From Bordetella parapertussis (GTDB lineage Bacteria; Pseudomonadota; Gammaproteobacteria; Burkholderiales; Burkholderiaceae_C), in assembly GCA_945901125.1 (NCBI GenBank), contig CAMDKD010000001.1:70894-102893 (forward strand): 32,000 nucleotides of DNA, in the 5' to 3' direction. The notes beneath the pieces were generated by a model. That model did no database searches. It was not told the DNA's origin and saw nothing but the letters and a program-made list of their open reading frames with translations. Every line of letters begins with the position of its first letter. The first letter of the stretch is position 1. Positions 28,892 through 32,000 of this stretch are shown here, piece by piece. A program made the position numbers and the translations under genes.

Positions 28892-29970
28892 TGGCAGCTC
28901 GCCCTATCACTGCCCTTCAAGCCATAGAGCGCATGGCCTTGCCATCTGAGAATGGCGGATTCAGTTGCATCATCGACGCGCGCACAGAGGACGAGTTTGC
29001 GCTGGACCATTTGCCCGGCGCTTTGAACTGGCCCTCGTTGACGAATGAAGAACGGATTCGTGTCGGCACCTTGTACAAACAAGTCAGTCCGTTTGAAGCC
29101 AACAAAGTCGGTGCCTCTTTGGTGGCCGCCAATATTTCGCGCCACATAGACCGCCATGTCATGCCTTTGAGCAAAGAATGGCAACCGCTTATTTACTGCT
29201 GGCGCGGCGGCAAACGCAGCGGCTCGCTGGCGCTGGTGCTGGGTCAGATTGGCTTTAGGGTCTGGTTGATTGAAGGCGGCTACAAAGCATTTCGCGCTGA
29301 AATGATCCAAGACATTGCGCGACTGTCTCCTTTGCTTCATTTCCAAGTCATCACCGGCCCTACAGGCTCAGGCAAAACACGTTTACTTCAAGCGCTTTCC
29401 CATTCAGGGGCTCAGGTACTCGATTTGGAAGATCTGGCGAAGCACCGCAGTTCGGTGCTGGGGCGTATTCCGGGGCAGCCGCAGCCCAGTCAAAAGCATT
29501 TCGATACGCTGGTGTGGGACAAATTACGCAGTTTTGACCCGCAGCGCACCGTGTTCGTCGAGGCCGAAAGCAAGAAAGTCGGTAATCTGGCGGTGCCTCA
29601 GTCTTTGATGGATGTGATGCGGCAAAGCCCGTGTATCGATCTGCAACTGAGTGACGATGAACGCGTGAAATTGCTGCTAGACGACTACGCTTTTTTCGCA
29701 GATGACCTTGGTTTGTTCAGCGAGCGGCTGTCGATGTTGACCGAATTGAAAGGGAAAAACGTGGTGAACGCATGGCAGCAACAGTTGGTTAGCGGAGAGG
29801 TAGAGCAAGTGGTGCGAGACTTGTTGATAAACCATTACGACCCGACTTATGCCAAATCTGTAGCCCGCAATTTTGTGCGTTACCCGCAAGCTACGGCAGC
29901 ACCGTTGGCAGACAGACATGCGGCTTCCATGCAAGCCTTGGCAGAAAAGCTCGCGGCGCAATTCGAATAA
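28891..29970 (+). CDS. selU: tRNA 2-selenouridine synthase
   Basis: 359 aa. The rhodanese domain has the active-site loop IYCWRGGKRS and the P-loop is ITGPTGSGKTRLL. The ATG overlaps the tesA-like stop (TGATG). Confidence 0.85.
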   Translation: MAARPITALQAIERMALPSENGGFSCIIDARTEDEFALDHLPGALNWPSLTNEERIRVGTLYKQVSPFEANKVGASLVAANISRHIDRHVMPLSKEWQPLIYCWRGGKRSGSLALVLGQIGFRVWLIEGGYKAFRAEMIQDIARLSPLLHFQVITGPTGSGKTRLLQALSHSGAQVLDLEDLAKHRSSVLGRIPGQPQPSQKHFDTLVWDKLRSFDPQRTVFVEAESKKVGNLAVPQSLMDVMRQSPCIDLQLSDDERVKLLLDDYAFFADDLGLFSERLSMLTELKGKNVVNAWQQQLVSGEVEQVVRDLLINHYDPTYAKSVARNFVRYPQATAAPLADRHAASMQALAEKLAAQFE

Positions 29971-30010
29971 AAAAACGCTGTCTGAAAGAATTCAGTTGAT
30001 AGCCGCTGAG

Positions 30011-31243
30011 TCAGCCCATGGAGGACAAGGCTTGCGACAGGTCTGCGATCAAGTCTTCAGCCGATTCAAGTCCGATAGCGAGGCGCACAAAGCCGGCTTG
30101 CAGCAGTTCAGCAGGCGCGTACTGGCGCATTTTTTTCAAATCGTAGGGAACCACCAGACTGACAGGCCCGGCCCAGCTAAAGCCCAGCTTGAACAGCTTG
30201 AGTGAGTTGCAAAAGCGGTCTATCTGCGCCTGACTGAACCCGGGATCAAAACGCAGACTCAGCAAGCTGGCCGCTGCCCCGCCACTGTGCACCTCAGCGT
30301 CAGCAGCGACACCACCGGCACACAAATCCCGCCAATGCGCATGACCTGGCGAAGCAACAATCGCAGGGTGCAAAACTTGGGCAAAAGCGGTCTGTTGTAA
30401 ACACCATCCGGCCAGTTTGCGGCATGTCTCATCTTGCGTTTTGTAACGCAATCCTATGCTTGGCAAAGACCGCAACACCAGCTCTGCATCATTGCCGGCC
30501 ACACCAAATCCCAGGCGCATATGACTGAGCTTTAAACTGCGCGCCAATTCATCGCTGCAAGTGGTGACGCTGCCCATCAGTACATCGCCGCCGCCACTGG
30601 GGTATTTGGTCAGAGCATGCACGCAAACATCGACGCCGAGCCGGCTACCGGCCATCTGAGGCAATAAATCAAAGGGCTGGAATGCCACACCGGCACCCCA
30701 GGTGTTGTCCAAGGCTGTGAGCACTTGTTTGTCGCTGCAAAGCTTCACCAGTGCAGGCAAATCAGGAAATTCCAAAGTCACAGAGCCGGGCGCTTCCAGC
30801 CAGACCAGACGCGTGTCAGCTTGTAGGTTGTCGGCCAGCGACTGCGGTTCCATGGGGTCGTAATACCGGTGGCTGATGCCCCACTGCTGCAATTCACCTT
30901 CTGCCAGAGATTTCAAAGGTCCGTAAGCATTGTCCGGAATCAAAATACCGTCGCCGGTTTTCAGCAAAGCCAGATTCACCTGCGCCAAAGCCGCCAAACC
31001 GCTTGGCAGCAAGACGCAATGCTTTGCGCCTTCGAGTTGGCAAATTCTTTCTTCCAGCGTGAATGTCGTCGGCGTACCGTGCAAACCGTAGGTATAGCCG
31101 GTTTTGTCCAGCCAGTTGCGCTCGCGCATGGCTTTGACATTCGGAAAAAACACGGAAGACGCTTTATGGACGGCTATTTGCGGGGACGCGAAATCCCCAG
31201 GCGGCTGGTAATCGTGGTGTATGAGCGCGGTATCAGGCTTCAT
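30011..31243 (-). CDS. metC: cystathionine beta-lyase (Cys/Met-metabolism PLP enzyme)
   Basis: 410 aa. It starts MKPDTALIHHDY, has the PLP-lysine region VHALTKYPSGGGD, and ends RLAIGLESAEDLIADL. Confidence 0.8.
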   Translation of the reverse strand: MKPDTALIHHDYQPPGDFASPQIAVHKASSVFFPNVKAMRERNWLDKTGYTYGLHGTPTTFTLEERICQLEGAKHCVLLPSGLAALAQVNLALLKTGDGILIPDNAYGPLKSLAEGELQQWGISHRYYDPMEPQSLADNLQADTRLVWLEAPGSVTLEFPDLPALVKLCSDKQVLTALDNTWGAGVAFQPFDLLPQMAGSRLGVDVCVHALTKYPSGGGDVLMGSVTTCSDELARSLKLSHMRLGFGVAGNDAELVLRSLPSIGLRYKTQDETCRKLAGWCLQQTAFAQVLHPAIVASPGHAHWRDLCAGGVAADAEVHSGGAAASLLSLRFDPGFSQAQIDRFCNSLKLFKLGFSWAGPVSLVVPYDLKKMRQYAPAELLQAGFVRLAIGLESAEDLIADLSQALSSMG

Positions 31244-31246
31244 GCC

Positions 31247-31771
31247 TCAAACCCGCCATTTCTCCAGCAACTGCAAAGGACGCATGGTGTCGTAGGCCTC
31301 GAAAGGCTGGTGTATCCAAGGGTTGGTTGACAGGTATTCGACTGAAAAATCGGGGGTGAAAGCAGACACACCTTTGGTCCAGATGACTGCACTGCGCAAC
31401 TCGGTGATAGGTGCGTAATTGTTTTTCAACAAGTCCATCACAGCGCTCAAGGTATGGCCGGAATCGGCCAGGTCATCGACCAGCAGCACGCGCCCGGCAA
31501 TTTCGCCCTGAGGTGTGGTGATGTACCTGGCTATGTCCAAATGGCCTTGCACGGTGCCGCCTTCGGAGCGGTAAGAACTGGTGGACATGATGGCCAGCGG
31601 TTTGTTAAATATGCGGGACAACACATCGCCGGGGCGCATACCGCCGCGAGCCAGACACAAAATAGTGTCGAACTCCCAGCCTGATTGGTGGATTTTGATG
31701 GCCAGTTTTTCGAGCAGGTTGTTGTACTCGTCGTAGGACACGTACAAATGTTTTCCATCTTCAGTCAGCAT
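31247..31771 (-). CDS. purine phosphoribosyltransferase (type I PRT)
   Basis: 174 aa with the PRPP-binding motif VLLVDDLADSGHTL. It sits directly downstream of purA. Confidence 0.75.
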   Translation of the reverse strand: MLTEDGKHLYVSYDEYNNLLEKLAIKIHQSGWEFDTILCLARGGMRPGDVLSRIFNKPLAIMSTSSYRSEGGTVQGHLDIARYITTPQGEIAGRVLLVDDLADSGHTLSAVMDLLKNNYAPITELRSAVIWTKGVSAFTPDFSVEYLSTNPWIHQPFEAYDTMRPLQLLEKWRV

Positions 31772-31786
31772 GGCAATGCTCGCAGT

Positions 31787-32000
31787 TCAAGGTTGAAACG
31801 GGTCACGGATCAGGATGGTGTGATCCCTGTCCGGGCTGGTGGAAATCATGTGGATAGGAACGCCGGTGACTTCTTCAATGCGCTTGAGATAAGCCTGCGC
31901 TTCAGGCGGCAGCTTGTGGTAATCGGTGATGCCCACCGTACTCACGCTCCAACCGGACATGGTTTCGTACACCGGCCGGCAATCGGCAATGTCTTCTGCA
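31787..32000 (-). CDS. purA: adenylosuccinate synthase, C-terminal part (5' end outside the window)
   Basis: The frame stays open to the window edge and reads [70 protein letters not shown], a canonical PurA C-terminus. Confidence 0.9.
   Translation of the reverse strand, partial: AEDIADCRPVYETMSGWSVSTVGITDYHKLPPEAQAYLKRIEEVTGVPIHMISTSPDRDHTILIRDPFQP

Overview
This looks like a chromosomal segment of a moderately GC-rich proteobacterium. Gene content and order (cspA-infA2, guaB-guaA, rnfH-ratA next to smpB, purA-PRT-metC) resemble Burkholderiales-type Betaproteobacteria; that assignment is inference only.

Housekeeping genes:
- Left end: a tadA-hydrolase fusion, a methyltransferase, infA, a csp gene, a CoA-binding protein gene and metY.
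- Right end: guaA, guaB, rnfH, ratA, smpB, an ABC ATPase gene, a tesA-like gene, selU, metC, a PRT gene and purA.

Accessory and non-core regions:
- 3.9-4.4 kb: a 0.5 kb array of intergenic repeats between two convergent genes.
- 5.6-14.6 kb: a carbohydrate or organic-acid uptake and catabolism locus. It encodes an HpcH aldolase, a 2-hydroxyacid dehydrogenase, a 4-gene ABC importer, a 663-aa protein of unknown function and an SDR.
- 14.8-15.4 kb: a vapBC toxin-antitoxin pair.

The main feature is a roughly 7.6 kb AT-rich integrative island at 15401-22996, inserted into the last codons of guaA.
- The guaA tail (E-W-E-stop) is duplicated at the far boundary.
- Conserved short motifs cluster at both island ends.
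- The island carries a large tyrosine integrase, a second small tyrosine recombinase, and an HUH rolling-circle Rep-like protein with an adjacent iteron-like noncoding region.
- It also carries a truncated H-NS-like protein, several unknown proteins and an OafA-type acyltransferase-SGNH gene.
- The acyltransferase reading frame contains a perfect (TCAG)8 tetranucleotide tract. This is the signature of slipped-strand phase variation, so the island looks like a mobile, switchable surface-glycan modification module.

I could not recognise any rRNA, tRNA, tmRNA, CRISPR array or IS transposase. All protein family calls come from motif recognition by eye and were not checked against a database.
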